Positions 48,461-57,416 of a stretch of 64,000 nucleotides of DNA are shown here, one piece after another; within the stretch, counting starts at the first letter, position 1; the number at the start of each line of letters is the position of its first letter. A program made the translations under genes and the position numbers. The notes below the pieces were generated by a model. It ran no database searches and was not told the DNA's origin. It was given only the letters and a program-made list of their open reading frames with translations. Source of the stretch: Candidatus Microgenomatus sp. (GTDB lineage: Bacteria; Patescibacteriota; Microgenomatia; UBA8517); NCBI GenBank assembly GCA_020724555.1, contig DYGT01000002.1, positions 40,271-104,270 of the forward strand, given 5' to 3'.

Positions 48461-48862
48461 ATGTACATTAAAACGCGCAAGGCAGTCGGGTGGATCGCAC
48501 TCTGCCTTTTGTTCGTGATCATTTACATCACTCTCGCCGCTGAAAGGATTGCGACGCAGGTAGAAGTGGGAGCCCCTCAAGAAGCAGAATTTTTTTTAAA
48601 AAACATTCTGACCACCACCTGGTTTCTTTTAACAGGATTGGCTAAGTGGTCGATGATTCAGGAAGCAAGACCGAATCTAACCAACAATTTGCTCTCACTA
48701 TTTACGTTCTTTGCTGTTATCATTTTTATTCGCACTACTCCTGACGACGGAACAACACTGATAATCAGCGATCCAGATAAAATCATAATAGCTGTCGGGG
48801 TGACAGCGCAGCCTGTGACTGATTTTTGGGATTTTATTTTTGGTGGTGTATTGCGAAAGTAA
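48461..48862 (+). CDS. hypothetical membrane protein
   Basis: 133-aa ORF with three hydrophobic segments; GGAGG SD before ATG. Confidence 0.4.
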   Translation: MYIKTRKAVGWIALCLLFVIIYITLAAERIATQVEVGAPQEAEFFLKNILTTTWFLLTGLAKWSMIQEARPNLTNNLLSLFTFFAVIIFIRTTPDDGTTLIISDPDKIIIAVGVTAQPVTDFWDFIFGGVLRK

Positions 48863-48953
48863 ACCTGCTCACATTAACTGTTAGCCGGACCGTAAAGAGG
48901 TTTTTAAAATCTTAAATAGGCCCGGCTTTATTTTTATCTGCTAAAATAGAAAT

Positions 48954-51900
48954 ATGAGTGAATTTGTTCACCTTCATACTCATACTGAATACAGCCTTTT
49001 GGATGGACTTAGTAAAATCAAAAAGTTAATTAGCTACATAAAAGAGCTTAGCATGGATAGTCTGGCAATTACCGATCATGGAGTCATGTATGGAGCCATA
49101 GAATTTTATAAAGAAGCCAAAAACCAGGAAATTAAGCCAATAATCGGGATGGAGGCATATATCACGCAGGACAGACTGCTTAAACAAAAGGGTACACAAA
49201 AAAATAATCATTTACTACTTCTGGCTAAAAATTTGGAAGGGTATAAAAATTTAATGAAATTAACGTCTATCGCCCATTTGGAAGGTTATTATTATAAACC
49301 CCGCATAGACCACGATATTTTAAAAAAATATTCCAAAGGGCTAATCGTGTCCTCAGCATGTGCCCAGGGAGAAGTGGCGCAGGCAATTTTAAATGATGAT
49401 TACGGGGAAGCAAAAAAAATAATTGATTGGTATTTGGATGTTTTTGGCGATGATTATTATCTTGAAATTCAAAGACATTTTTATGATGAACACGCACAAA
49501 ATGCACAAAACGAAGAAATCAAACGCGATCTAACCACCATGGCCCGCAACGAAAAGATTATAAATAAAAATATCATCGAACTAAGCAGAGACTATGGAAT
49601 CCCAATAATTGCCACAAACGATGTGCATTATATCAAAAAAGAAGATGCGCAAGCCCAAGACGCTTTGGTGTGCGTGGCAACCGGCAAAGAAGTAAGCGAC
49701 ATCCACAGGCTCCGGTTCGTAGATTCCCCGTCATACTACATAACAAGCCCCGAGGAAATGAAAGAAATGTTCGCCGATGTGCCAGATGCGGTTGCCAATA
49801 CTCTGGCTGTTGCCAATAAATGTAATTTGGAAATAACGCTAGGAACTTATTTTTTTCCAAAAATAGACTTACCCGAAGGTAAAAGCGCCGATGAAGTATT
49901 GAAACAAAAGGCCAACGAAGGGCTTAAATGGCGTTACGGTAAAATTACAACAGAACTTAAAAAAAGGTTGGATTACGAGCTCGGTGTCATTATCGACAAA
50001 GGCTATTCTGCGTACTTTTTAATCTACCAAGACATGGCTTATTGGGCAAGAAAAAGACGCATCCCCATTAACATCCGTGGGTCTGTAGCAGGATCATTGG
50101 CTTCTTATGCTTTGGGGATCACCACCGTGGACCCTATCCGCTTTAATCTTCCCTTCGAACGGTTTTTAAACCCTTATCGACCAAGCGCGCCCGATATCGA
50201 CCTCGATATCGCAGACGACAAAAGAGGGGATATGATCAAATACTTAATTGACAAATACGGTAAAGATAAAGTCGCACAAATATGTACTTTTGGGCGGATG
50301 CTGGCACGAGGCTCTGTGCGCGATATTGCCCGAGTTCTTGGTTACCCCTATGAGGTTGGCGATAAAATCTCAAAACTTATTCCCCTCGGGTCTCAAGGCT
50401 TTCCCATGACAATTAAGCGGGCTTTGGAGGAAAGCCATGAGCTGCGCGAACTTTACAACAACGATGGCGACGCAAAAAAAATCATCGACCTGGCACGTAA
50501 GATAGAAGGAAACGCCAGGCATGTATCGGTGCATGCCGGCGGAGTAGTGATTTCACCCACAGACCTAACGGATTTTACTCCACTACAAATTGACACCTCG
50601 GATGAAAAAAAGCTAATTACACAATATGAAATGCATGCTATAGAGGATGTTGGATTGGTAAAACTTGACGTCTTGGGAATCAGAAACCTTTCTATTTTAC
50701 GGGAATCGGTTGCGTTAACAGAAAAAACCACCGGTAAAAAAATTGATATCGGCAATATTCCCCTTGATGATAAAAAAACATTTGAGATGCTTGCTCGGGG
50801 CGAAACCATGGGAGTCTTTCAATTATCCAGCGGTGGCATGACAAAACACTTGGTGGAACTTAAGCCCGAAAGGATTGAAGATATTATGCAAATGGTGGCC
50901 CTTTACCGACCCGGTCCTATGGCCTTTATACCGGAATATATCAAAAGAAAACACAACCCCAAACTCGTTAAATATATGGATCCCCGAATGGAGCGTTTCT
51001 TAAAAAGCTCATATGGAATTCTGGTTTATCAGGATGATGTTATTTACTGCGCCTTAGAATTGGCCGGATATGACTGGGGAGAGGCAGACAAGTTCAGGAA
51101 AGCAATCGGTAAAAAAATTCCAGAAGAAATGCAAAAACAAAAAGATAAATTTATCAACGGCTGCATTAAAGGAGGTATGGATGAAAGTCTTGCAAAAGAG
51201 CTATTTTCCCAGATTGAAACGTTTGCCGCATACGGATTTAATAAAGCTCATTCGGCTAGTTATGGTTTTGTTGCCTATCAGACGGCTTATATGAAAGCCA
51301 ATTACCCGGTAGAATACATGACTGCCTTTTTAACAGCCGAGTCTGGAGATACAGACAAAATATCGTCCGCAATAAACGAATGCCGAAGGATGGGAATAAA
51401 AGTACTGCCACCGGATATAAACGAAAGCGATACCGGCTTTACCATCGTAAAAGACGAAGAATCCCTGGATAAAAAAGCCATCCGTTTTGGCTTATCTGCC
51501 ATTAAAAACGTGGGGGAAAGCGCGGTTATGGCCATTTTGGACGCCAGGCATGAACGGCCATTTAATTCTCTTGCCGATTTTCTAAGCAGGGTGGACTCAC
51601 GCAAAGCAAATAAACGCGTTGTAGAAAGCCTAATAAAAGTTGGCGCCTTGTCTGCTTTTGGCAACAGAAATGCACTGCTTTCATCCATAGACGAAATTAA
51701 AAGCAAACTCAAGCCTACCGGATTAAAAGGGCAGCAGGATTTGTTTTCCCTGGGAAATGATGAAAAAAAAGCAGAAGATTCTTCGTATAATATCCAAAAA
51801 ATAATTTCCGATATCAACGAATTTCCCGACGATGAATTGGAAAGCCTTGAAAAGCAGCTGCTGGGCTTTTCCTTATCTGCCAAGCCTCTGCACGAAGTTA

Positions 51901-52436
51901 TTCAACAGCTGATTCCGTACCGATCTCACGCCATAAAAGATTTAAATCCGGAAGAAATAACGGATACGGGTGAAGTTAAAATTGCCTGTGTCGTAAAAGA
52001 AATCAGGGTAATTACTACCAGAAAAACCGGGGCCGAGATGGCTTTTGCCAAAGTCGAGGACGAAAGTGGCTCTACCAATATTGTGGTCTTCCCAAAAATT
52101 TATGCACAAACTAAAAATATCTGGAGCGACTATAGACCACTTTTACTTACCGGCAAAATCGAAAACCGCGAAAATGAACTAGCGCTTTTAATCAATCAGG
52201 TAGAAACCGAGAATAGTGTAGAAGCTAAAACCGGAACACTTCAGATAAGCGTTCCCCAAAATATTAATAAAGAAAAACTATTAATGCTAAAGGAGTTATT
52301 GTTGAAAAATCCGGGCAATCACGCCGTTTCTATGCGTTTTGAGAGTAGCGGCAAGTCCATGATTTTGCCCTTTAAAATTGACTGGAACGAAAATCTGTCG
52401 CGGGAAATATCCACACTTTTCAACTCTTCCGGTTGA
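48954..52436 (+). CDS. dnaE: DNA polymerase III alpha subunit
   Basis: PHP N-terminus FVHLHTHTEYSLLDG, polymerase core, C-terminal OB-fold; 1160 aa. Confidence 0.9.
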   Translation: MSEFVHLHTHTEYSLLDGLSKIKKLISYIKELSMDSLAITDHGVMYGAIEFYKEAKNQEIKPIIGMEAYITQDRLLKQKGTQKNNHLLLLAKNLEGYKNLMKLTSIAHLEGYYYKPRIDHDILKKYSKGLIVSSACAQGEVAQAILNDDYGEAKKIIDWYLDVFGDDYYLEIQRHFYDEHAQNAQNEEIKRDLTTMARNEKIINKNIIELSRDYGIPIIATNDVHYIKKEDAQAQDALVCVATGKEVSDIHRLRFVDSPSYYITSPEEMKEMFADVPDAVANTLAVANKCNLEITLGTYFFPKIDLPEGKSADEVLKQKANEGLKWRYGKITTELKKRLDYELGVIIDKGYSAYFLIYQDMAYWARKRRIPINIRGSVAGSLASYALGITTVDPIRFNLPFERFLNPYRPSAPDIDLDIADDKRGDMIKYLIDKYGKDKVAQICTFGRMLARGSVRDIARVLGYPYEVGDKISKLIPLGSQGFPMTIKRALEESHELRELYNNDGDAKKIIDLARKIEGNARHVSVHAGGVVISPTDLTDFTPLQIDTSDEKKLITQYEMHAIEDVGLVKLDVLGIRNLSILRESVALTEKTTGKKIDIGNIPLDDKKTFEMLARGETMGVFQLSSGGMTKHLVELKPERIEDIMQMVALYRPGPMAFIPEYIKRKHNPKLVKYMDPRMERFLKSSYGILVYQDDVIYCALELAGYDWGEADKFRKAIGKKIPEEMQKQKDKFINGCIKGGMDESLAKELFSQIETFAAYGFNKAHSASYGFVAYQTAYMKANYPVEYMTAFLTAESGDTDKISSAINECRRMGIKVLPPDINESDTGFTIVKDEESLDKKAIRFGLSAIKNVGESAVMAILDARHERPFNSLADFLSRVDSRKANKRVVESLIKVGALSAFGNRNALLSSIDEIKSKLKPTGLKGQQDLFSLGNDEKKAEDSSYNIQKIISDINEFPDDELESLEKQLLGFSLSAKPLHEVIQQLIPYRSHAIKDLNPEEITDTGEVKIACVVKEIRVITTRKTGAEMAFAKVEDESGSTNIVVFPKIYAQTKNIWSDYRPLLLTGKIENRENELALLINQVETENSVEAKTGTLQISVPQNINKEKLLMLKELLLKNPGNHAVSMRFESSGKSMILPFKIDWNENLSREISTLFNSSG

Positions 52437-52469
52437 AAATGACCCACGCTTTAGGTTACAATAGCACAC

Positions 52470-52862
52470 ATGGCAATCACTGCAATCCACAAGGAAACAA
52501 AGTTTGGCGTTGGAGATATGATACGTGTCCATCAACAAATTACGGAAGAGGGTAAAAAAACCCGTACTCAGGTTTTTGAAGGGATGGTTATTGGTATAAA
52601 AGGTAAAGGTAATGGCAAAACCTTTACGGTGAGAAAAATTGGTTCACAAAAAATTGGTATTGAACAGATTTATCCCATTAACTCACCGGTAATTGAACAA
52701 ATCCAGGTAGTACGCGAAGGAAAACGTGGAGTACGAAGGGCAAAGCTTTACTATACTCGCGACAAAAGTACACGTCAGATTGAAAACATCTATTCACGCG
52801 CAAGAAGGCGTGAAGAAGCAAAAAAATCTGCTCCAAAAAAGTCCACCCCCAAAAAGTCTTGA
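52470..52862 (+). CDS. rplS: 50S ribosomal protein L19
   Basis: bL19 core FGVGDMIRVHQQITEEGKKTRTQVFEGMVIGIKGKGNGKTFTVRKI. Confidence 0.9.
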   Translation: MAITAIHKETKFGVGDMIRVHQQITEEGKKTRTQVFEGMVIGIKGKGNGKTFTVRKIGSQKIGIEQIYPINSPVIEQIQVVREGKRGVRRAKLYYTRDKSTRQIENIYSRARRREEAKKSAPKKSTPKKS

Positions 52863-52897
52863 CTTTTATAAACTATCCCATATAATTAAACTCTAAC

Positions 52898-52976
52898 GCG
52901 CCCGTAGCTCAATGGGTTAGAGCACTCCGATAGTATTGCTGTCGGAAAGAAACAGGTTCAAATCCTGTCGGGCGTT
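52898..52976 (+). tRNA. atypical tRNA-like gene: Arg-type acceptor/D/T arms but oversized (9-11 nt) anticodon loop; identity unassignable
   Basis: GCGCCCG-TA-GCTC-AATGGGTTA-GAGC ... ACAGG-TTCAAAT-CCTGT-CGGGCGT fold canonically and closely resemble E. coli tRNA-Arg(CCG). Anticodon region ACTCCGATAGTATTGCTGTCGGAAAGAA is 5-6 nt too long and offers only TCCGA/TCGGA or CCGAT/GTCGG stems. Confidence 0.5.
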
Positions 52977-52978
52977 TT

Positions 52979-53053
52979 GGGAAGCGGCATTGAAACAGCG
53001 CGGGTACCCTTACCCTACCTATCCCCAGCCAACTCTGTTAAATGCCGCTTCCC
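52979..53053. repeat. perfect 13-bp inverted repeat GGGAAGCGGCATT / AATGCCGCTTCCC separated by 49 nt, immediately downstream of the tRNA-like gene
   Basis: Arms at 52979-52991 and 53041-53053 read directly; loop is C-rich (CCCTTACCCTACCTATCCCCAGCC). Confidence 0.7.
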
Positions 53054-53111
53054 TACGAAATACTTTAAACTCCAAAACTTGCTTCTTTATTTTAAGTAGT
53101 ATAATGACTTA

Positions 53112-53612
53112 ATGGTAATTTTAGGAATTGACCCCGGTACGGCAACCACTGGCTACGGCATAATTGAAACCAATGGCGACAAAACTATAAAGGTTATAGA
53201 GTATGGACTCATCGAAACCAGCAAAGACACAAGTGCAGGGAAGCGCCTTGCCAGTATCCAAATCCAATTAAGCAAAATCATATCAGATCATAAACCCGAT
53301 GTTTTGGCTATCGAAAAGCTTTTTTTTGCCACAAACGCAAAAACAGCCATCCGTGTTGGCCAAGCACAAGGCGTGATGCTCTATAGTGCGGCAATCGCAG
53401 GAATACCTGTATATGAATACGCACCCGGAAGTATAAAAAAAATTGTGTCCGGAAATGGTCGAGCCGATAAATTGGATATCCAAAAAGCGGTCCGCAAATT
53501 TCTTGGCGCAAAAGTGAGAAAGAAGAAGGGAGGAAAAACACACTTTGATAACGCAGCCGACGCCTTAGCCGTAGCCATCTGCCACATTACTAATCAAAAT
53601 GGAAAAATATAA
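53112..53612 (+). CDS. ruvC: crossover junction endodeoxyribonuclease RuvC
   Basis: ILGIDPGTATTGYGIIE and downstream acidic catalytic residues; TATAAT at 53100-53105 only 6 nt before ATG. Confidence 0.85.
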   Translation: MVILGIDPGTATTGYGIIETNGDKTIKVIEYGLIETSKDTSAGKRLASIQIQLSKIISDHKPDVLAIEKLFFATNAKTAIRVGQAQGVMLYSAAIAGIPVYEYAPGSIKKIVSGNGRADKLDIQKAVRKFLGAKVRKKKGGKTHFDNAADALAVAICHITNQNGKI

Positions 53613-53850
53613 AATAGGAGAAGTTATTCATTATTATGATAAGATCAAAGTTGCCATTGTGGATTTGACTAACTCTTTGGCAGTGGGGGATAGAGTCCGT
53701 TTTGTTCGTGGCGGAGAGGATCTTTTTACTCAATATATAGAATCTATCCAAATAGAAAATGAAAAAGTTGAAATCGCTAAAAAAGGTGAAACTGTTGGAA
53801 TTAAAACCCAAAAGCCAGTCAAGGAAGGGGCGGAAATCTACAAAGATTAA
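53599..53850 (+). CDS. hypothetical small beta-rich protein
   Basis: 83-aa ORF overlapping ruvC stop by 14 nt (translational coupling); no recognisable motif. Confidence 0.4.
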   Translation: MEKYKIGEVIHYYDKIKVAIVDLTNSLAVGDRVRFVRGGEDLFTQYIESIQIENEKVEIAKKGETVGIKTQKPVKEGAEIYKD

Positions 53851-54229
53851 AAGCATCAGGTGGCAGGAGGCTCGCGATATTGCTACCCGCATTAACCATT
53901 TAATCAAAGCAGCAAACTTAACCTGGATTAACCAAAAAAATATAAGCTGTTACCGCTCAACTAATGCTAATACCAATGCCCGTGCCCGCATTTGGGGATT
54001 GGGCAGAATTTGGCAGCTTGCTTTAAACAAAGAGCCCCACTATATTATTGAGGTAATTTCCGAAAAATTCGACAGATTGCCACAAGCAGAAAAGGACCGT
54101 ACACTTTTACACGAACTGGCTCATATACCTAAAAATTTTAGCGGTGCAGTCTTACCACATACCAGACGGGGAAAAGGCAGTTTTTATAATAAACTTTCAA
54201 ACATGATTAAAGCCTATGAAATGAAATGA
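53759..54229 (+). CDS. putative HExxH zinc metallopeptidase-like protein (SprT/YgjP-like)
   Basis: HELAHIPKNFSGAVLPH motif near C-terminus. Lys/Arg-rich N-terminus. The 5' 90 nt overlap the previous ORF in another frame, so the true start is uncertain. Confidence 0.4.
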   Translation: MKKLKSLKKVKLLELKPKSQSRKGRKSTKIKSIRWQEARDIATRINHLIKAANLTWINQKNISCYRSTNANTNARARIWGLGRIWQLALNKEPHYIIEVISEKFDRLPQAEKDRTLLHELAHIPKNFSGAVLPHTRRGKGSFYNKLSNMIKAYEMK

Positions 54230-54897
54230 AAATAACAGTTATCCATGGAGAGCACGAAACAGGCTCAAGAGAGCGCTATTTTAAAATAATGGCCACAGTA
54301 AAATCCCGCGGCTGGGAAGTTGTTCACCTTAATTCGGGGAACGTCTCTGCACTTGACCGATTGACTACACCATTTATGTTTAACAAAAACCAATTGTATG
54401 TAATAGATGATTTGGATAAAATACCCGCGACCGAGCTAAAATGGCTCAGAAAAAACGAAAACAGGCTTGAGGCTAATTTGCTCATCTGGCACAAAAAAGA
54501 GTTAGGCAAAAAATTAATAAATGAACTGCCAAAAAATACAAGCTTTGAGCTGTTTAAACTCCCCAAACTCATTTTTTCTTTTTTAGATGAAATTAAGCCC
54601 GGTAGCTCAAGAAATGCTCTAAAAAAATTGCAAACTATTAAAAAGACCGAGCCATTGGAGTTTGTATTGGCATTAATTGCAAATTTGCTACGAGATATGA
54701 TGGCCGTTAAGGCGGGCGGAAAACTGCCTTATCCAGCCTGGCGAATAAAAAAGATAAAAACGCAAGCCGGCTATTTTTCCAAAGATAGCTTAAAAAAATT
54801 TATTAACGACTTGGCACTCATAGATGTTGAGGCAAAAACAGGCGGGGTAGGCCTTGAGACTTCGCTTGACCTGATCCTTTTGAAACATCTAGAATGA
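54226..54897 (+). CDS. holA: DNA polymerase III delta subunit-like (short HolA)
   Basis: N-terminal ITVIHGEHETGSRERYFKIM ... YVIDDLDKI resembles HolA AAA+-like domain I; only 223 aa. Confidence 0.4.
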   Translation: MKITVIHGEHETGSRERYFKIMATVKSRGWEVVHLNSGNVSALDRLTTPFMFNKNQLYVIDDLDKIPATELKWLRKNENRLEANLLIWHKKELGKKLINELPKNTSFELFKLPKLIFSFLDEIKPGSSRNALKKLQTIKKTEPLEFVLALIANLLRDMMAVKAGGKLPYPAWRIKKIKTQAGYFSKDSLKKFINDLALIDVEAKTGGVGLETSLDLILLKHLE

Positions 54898-54907
54898 AAG
54901 ATAAGAA

Positions 54908-56329
54908 ATGAACACCTCAATCAACCCCAATATATTTAGAGGATATGACATCAGGGCGCTTGTAGGAACAGATATTAACGAACCGACAATGGATATTTTG
55001 GGCCGTGCATATGCTACTTTTTTATATAGAAGGCAAATCAGACACGCAGTGGTAGGCAGGGATATGAGAGAAACTTCAGAAAATTATCAAAAAGTATTTA
55101 TGAATGCACTCTTGGAATCCGGAATTAATGTAGTGGATATAGGGCTTACGCTTACACAAATTATGTATTTTGCCCAATACTACTACCTGACAAAGGGTGG
55201 GGCTATCATAACAGCATCCCATAACCCAAAAGAATATAACGGTTTAAAACTGGCGGTTGGTTTTTCGGATACGCTTATCACGAGCGAAATTCAGGAACTA
55301 AGGCAAATAGCTGAAAGCGGTGATTTTAAATCATGGGGAGCCAAGGGTTCATATCAAGAAGATGACGTATTTCCTGCTTACAAAGAAGATTTACTTAAAC
55401 GAGTTCCACTCAAAAATTTAGGCTTAAAAGTGGTTATAGATTCCAGTAATGCAACAACCGGAATTTTTTTGCCGGAGATCTTGCGGAGTGTGGGGTGTGA
55501 AGTGATTGAACAAAACACAAACTTGGACGCAAGCTTCCCCCTGGGAACACCGGATCCCACGGAAAAAACCGTACTTGAGCGCCTAGCAAAAAGGGTATTA
55601 TTAGAAAATGCCGATTTAGGTTTGACATACGATTCAGACGGCGATCGAGTGGGATTTGTTGATGGCGAAGGAAACCTTATCTGGAACGATATCCTAGTCG
55701 CATTGTTTGCCAAAGATATCTTGTATTTTCTACCACAAAGCCCCATAGTATTTAACACCCTTTGTTCCAAGGCAGTCTCTGATGTTATTGTTTCACTCGG
55801 GGGAAAACCGATTATAGAAAAAACTGGGCATAGCTTTATTAAGGCCCGGGTCAAAGAAGAAAGGGCACCGTTTGGCGGGGAATTGTCCGGTCATTTTTTC
55901 TTTATGGATAATTTTTACGGACACGACGATGGAGCATTTTCAACTTTACGCTTACTGCAATATTTAGACAGGACACAAAAAAGCCTTAAAAAAGCATTGT
56001 CCGAAATACCAAAATATGTATCCAGCCCCGAGATTAAACTAGGTCTTGTTGATGAAATTAAATTCGAGCTTGTTAATAAGCATATCTCTCAAGATATACA
56101 AATGCTTTTTCCTAACGCGCAATATACTGACATTGACGGCTTTCGTGCGGATACAGAAGAGGAAATGGTTATTATCCGCGCCAGCCAAAACGGACCTTAT
56201 ATTACAATAAAATTCGAAGGAAAAACACAGTCGCAGTACGACTCGTTGAAAAAAAACATCAAAGCAATCCTTTTAAAATATAAACAAATAAAATGGGAGG
56301 AAGGCGTTAATATAAACGCTCTTGAATAA
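54908..56329 (+). CDS. phosphomannomutase/phosphoglucomutase (alpha-D-phosphohexomutase family)
   Basis: Active-site serine loop ITASHNPKEYNGLK, metal-binding DSDGDR, sugar-binding GGELSGH. Confidence 0.85.
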   Translation: MNTSINPNIFRGYDIRALVGTDINEPTMDILGRAYATFLYRRQIRHAVVGRDMRETSENYQKVFMNALLESGINVVDIGLTLTQIMYFAQYYYLTKGGAIITASHNPKEYNGLKLAVGFSDTLITSEIQELRQIAESGDFKSWGAKGSYQEDDVFPAYKEDLLKRVPLKNLGLKVVIDSSNATTGIFLPEILRSVGCEVIEQNTNLDASFPLGTPDPTEKTVLERLAKRVLLENADLGLTYDSDGDRVGFVDGEGNLIWNDILVALFAKDILYFLPQSPIVFNTLCSKAVSDVIVSLGGKPIIEKTGHSFIKARVKEERAPFGGELSGHFFFMDNFYGHDDGAFSTLRLLQYLDRTQKSLKKALSEIPKYVSSPEIKLGLVDEIKFELVNKHISQDIQMLFPNAQYTDIDGFRADTEEEMVIIRASQNGPYITIKFEGKTQSQYDSLKKNIKAILLKYKQIKWEEGVNINALE

Positions 56330-56331
56330 AT

Positions 56332-57408
56332 ATGGAAAACCGCCTACCCAATAGTTTAAACGAAATCGAGCACCTTGATGTTTTAAATTCAACACGCCTC
56401 CTCGCAGACCAGATAGAGGATGGCTATAATTTGGTAAAATCCCAACTAAACCCGCAAAAATGCCAGCTTGCAAGACGCGTAATAATTTGTGGTATGGGTG
56501 GCTCCGCGCTTGCCGGACGGGTAGTTAAAAGCATTTTTGAATCATACGCCCGCTGCCCTCTAGAAATTATAAACCACTATCAGCTACCTCAGTCTGTCGG
56601 CAACGACACTTTGGTAATAATATCTTCTTATTCCGGAAATACAGAAGAAATAATAAGCGTTTACCACCAGGCCGTATCTCAAAACGCACAAATTTTTATA
56701 ATAACTTCCGGCGGCAAATTAAGCGAAATGCCGGACCGCGAAATTGTAGACAAATTTATATTTAATACAGATAAAAATCCCAGCAAGCAACCAAGGCTTG
56801 GCACAGGATATAGCCTTGGGGCAATTTTGGCAATTCTATCGGGCTGCGACTTTATAAGCCTTTCTTGGGAGCAACTATCTGAAAGCATTAAGGATTTGCG
56901 GAACTTTTTGTCGGATTTTGCTGTGGACAAATTCGAAGACGAAAATCCTGCCAAAAAAATGGCCTTAGCACTTTTTAACCGTTTTCCGGTTCTTATCGCC
57001 AGCGAGCATTTGGTTGGTTCAATCCATGTTTTTAAAAACCAGCTAAACGAAACAGACAAAAATTTTGCAGTTTACTTTGACATACCGGAGCTTAACCACC
57101 ACCTTATGGAGGGTTTGAAACGCCCGCCGGACCTAAAAAAAATTATGATTTTTGTATTTTTTGTCTCTAACCTTTATCATCCCCAAGTAATTAAGCGCTA
57201 CCCTTTGACAAAAGAGGTGGTTGAAAAACAGGAAATTGCCACACTTGAATACCATCTGCAGTCACAAACGCGTTTGTCACAGTCTCTTGAGCTATTGGCG
57301 CTTTCCTCATATGTACAGTTTTATTTGGCATATTTATATAAAGAGGACCCCAGTTCAATTCCCTGGGTGGATTATTTTAAAAAGAGTCTTGCAAATAATA
57401 ATCAATAA
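56332..57408 (+). CDS. bifunctional phosphoglucose/phosphomannose isomerase (SIS domain family)
   Basis: Tandem SIS domains, VIICGMGGSALAGRVV and IISSYSGNTEE blocks. Confidence 0.55.
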   Translation: MENRLPNSLNEIEHLDVLNSTRLLADQIEDGYNLVKSQLNPQKCQLARRVIICGMGGSALAGRVVKSIFESYARCPLEIINHYQLPQSVGNDTLVIISSYSGNTEEIISVYHQAVSQNAQIFIITSGGKLSEMPDREIVDKFIFNTDKNPSKQPRLGTGYSLGAILAILSGCDFISLSWEQLSESIKDLRNFLSDFAVDKFEDENPAKKMALALFNRFPVLIASEHLVGSIHVFKNQLNETDKNFAVYFDIPELNHHLMEGLKRPPDLKKIMIFVFFVSNLYHPQVIKRYPLTKEVVEKQEIATLEYHLQSQTRLSQSLELLALSSYVQFYLAYLYKEDPSSIPWVDYFKKSLANNNQ

Positions 57409-57416
57409 CCGCTATA

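Noticed and set aside
51302-51883. 193-aa minus ORF inside dnaE
   Set aside because: Antisense to dnaE with strong homology support; serine-rich low-complexity translation.
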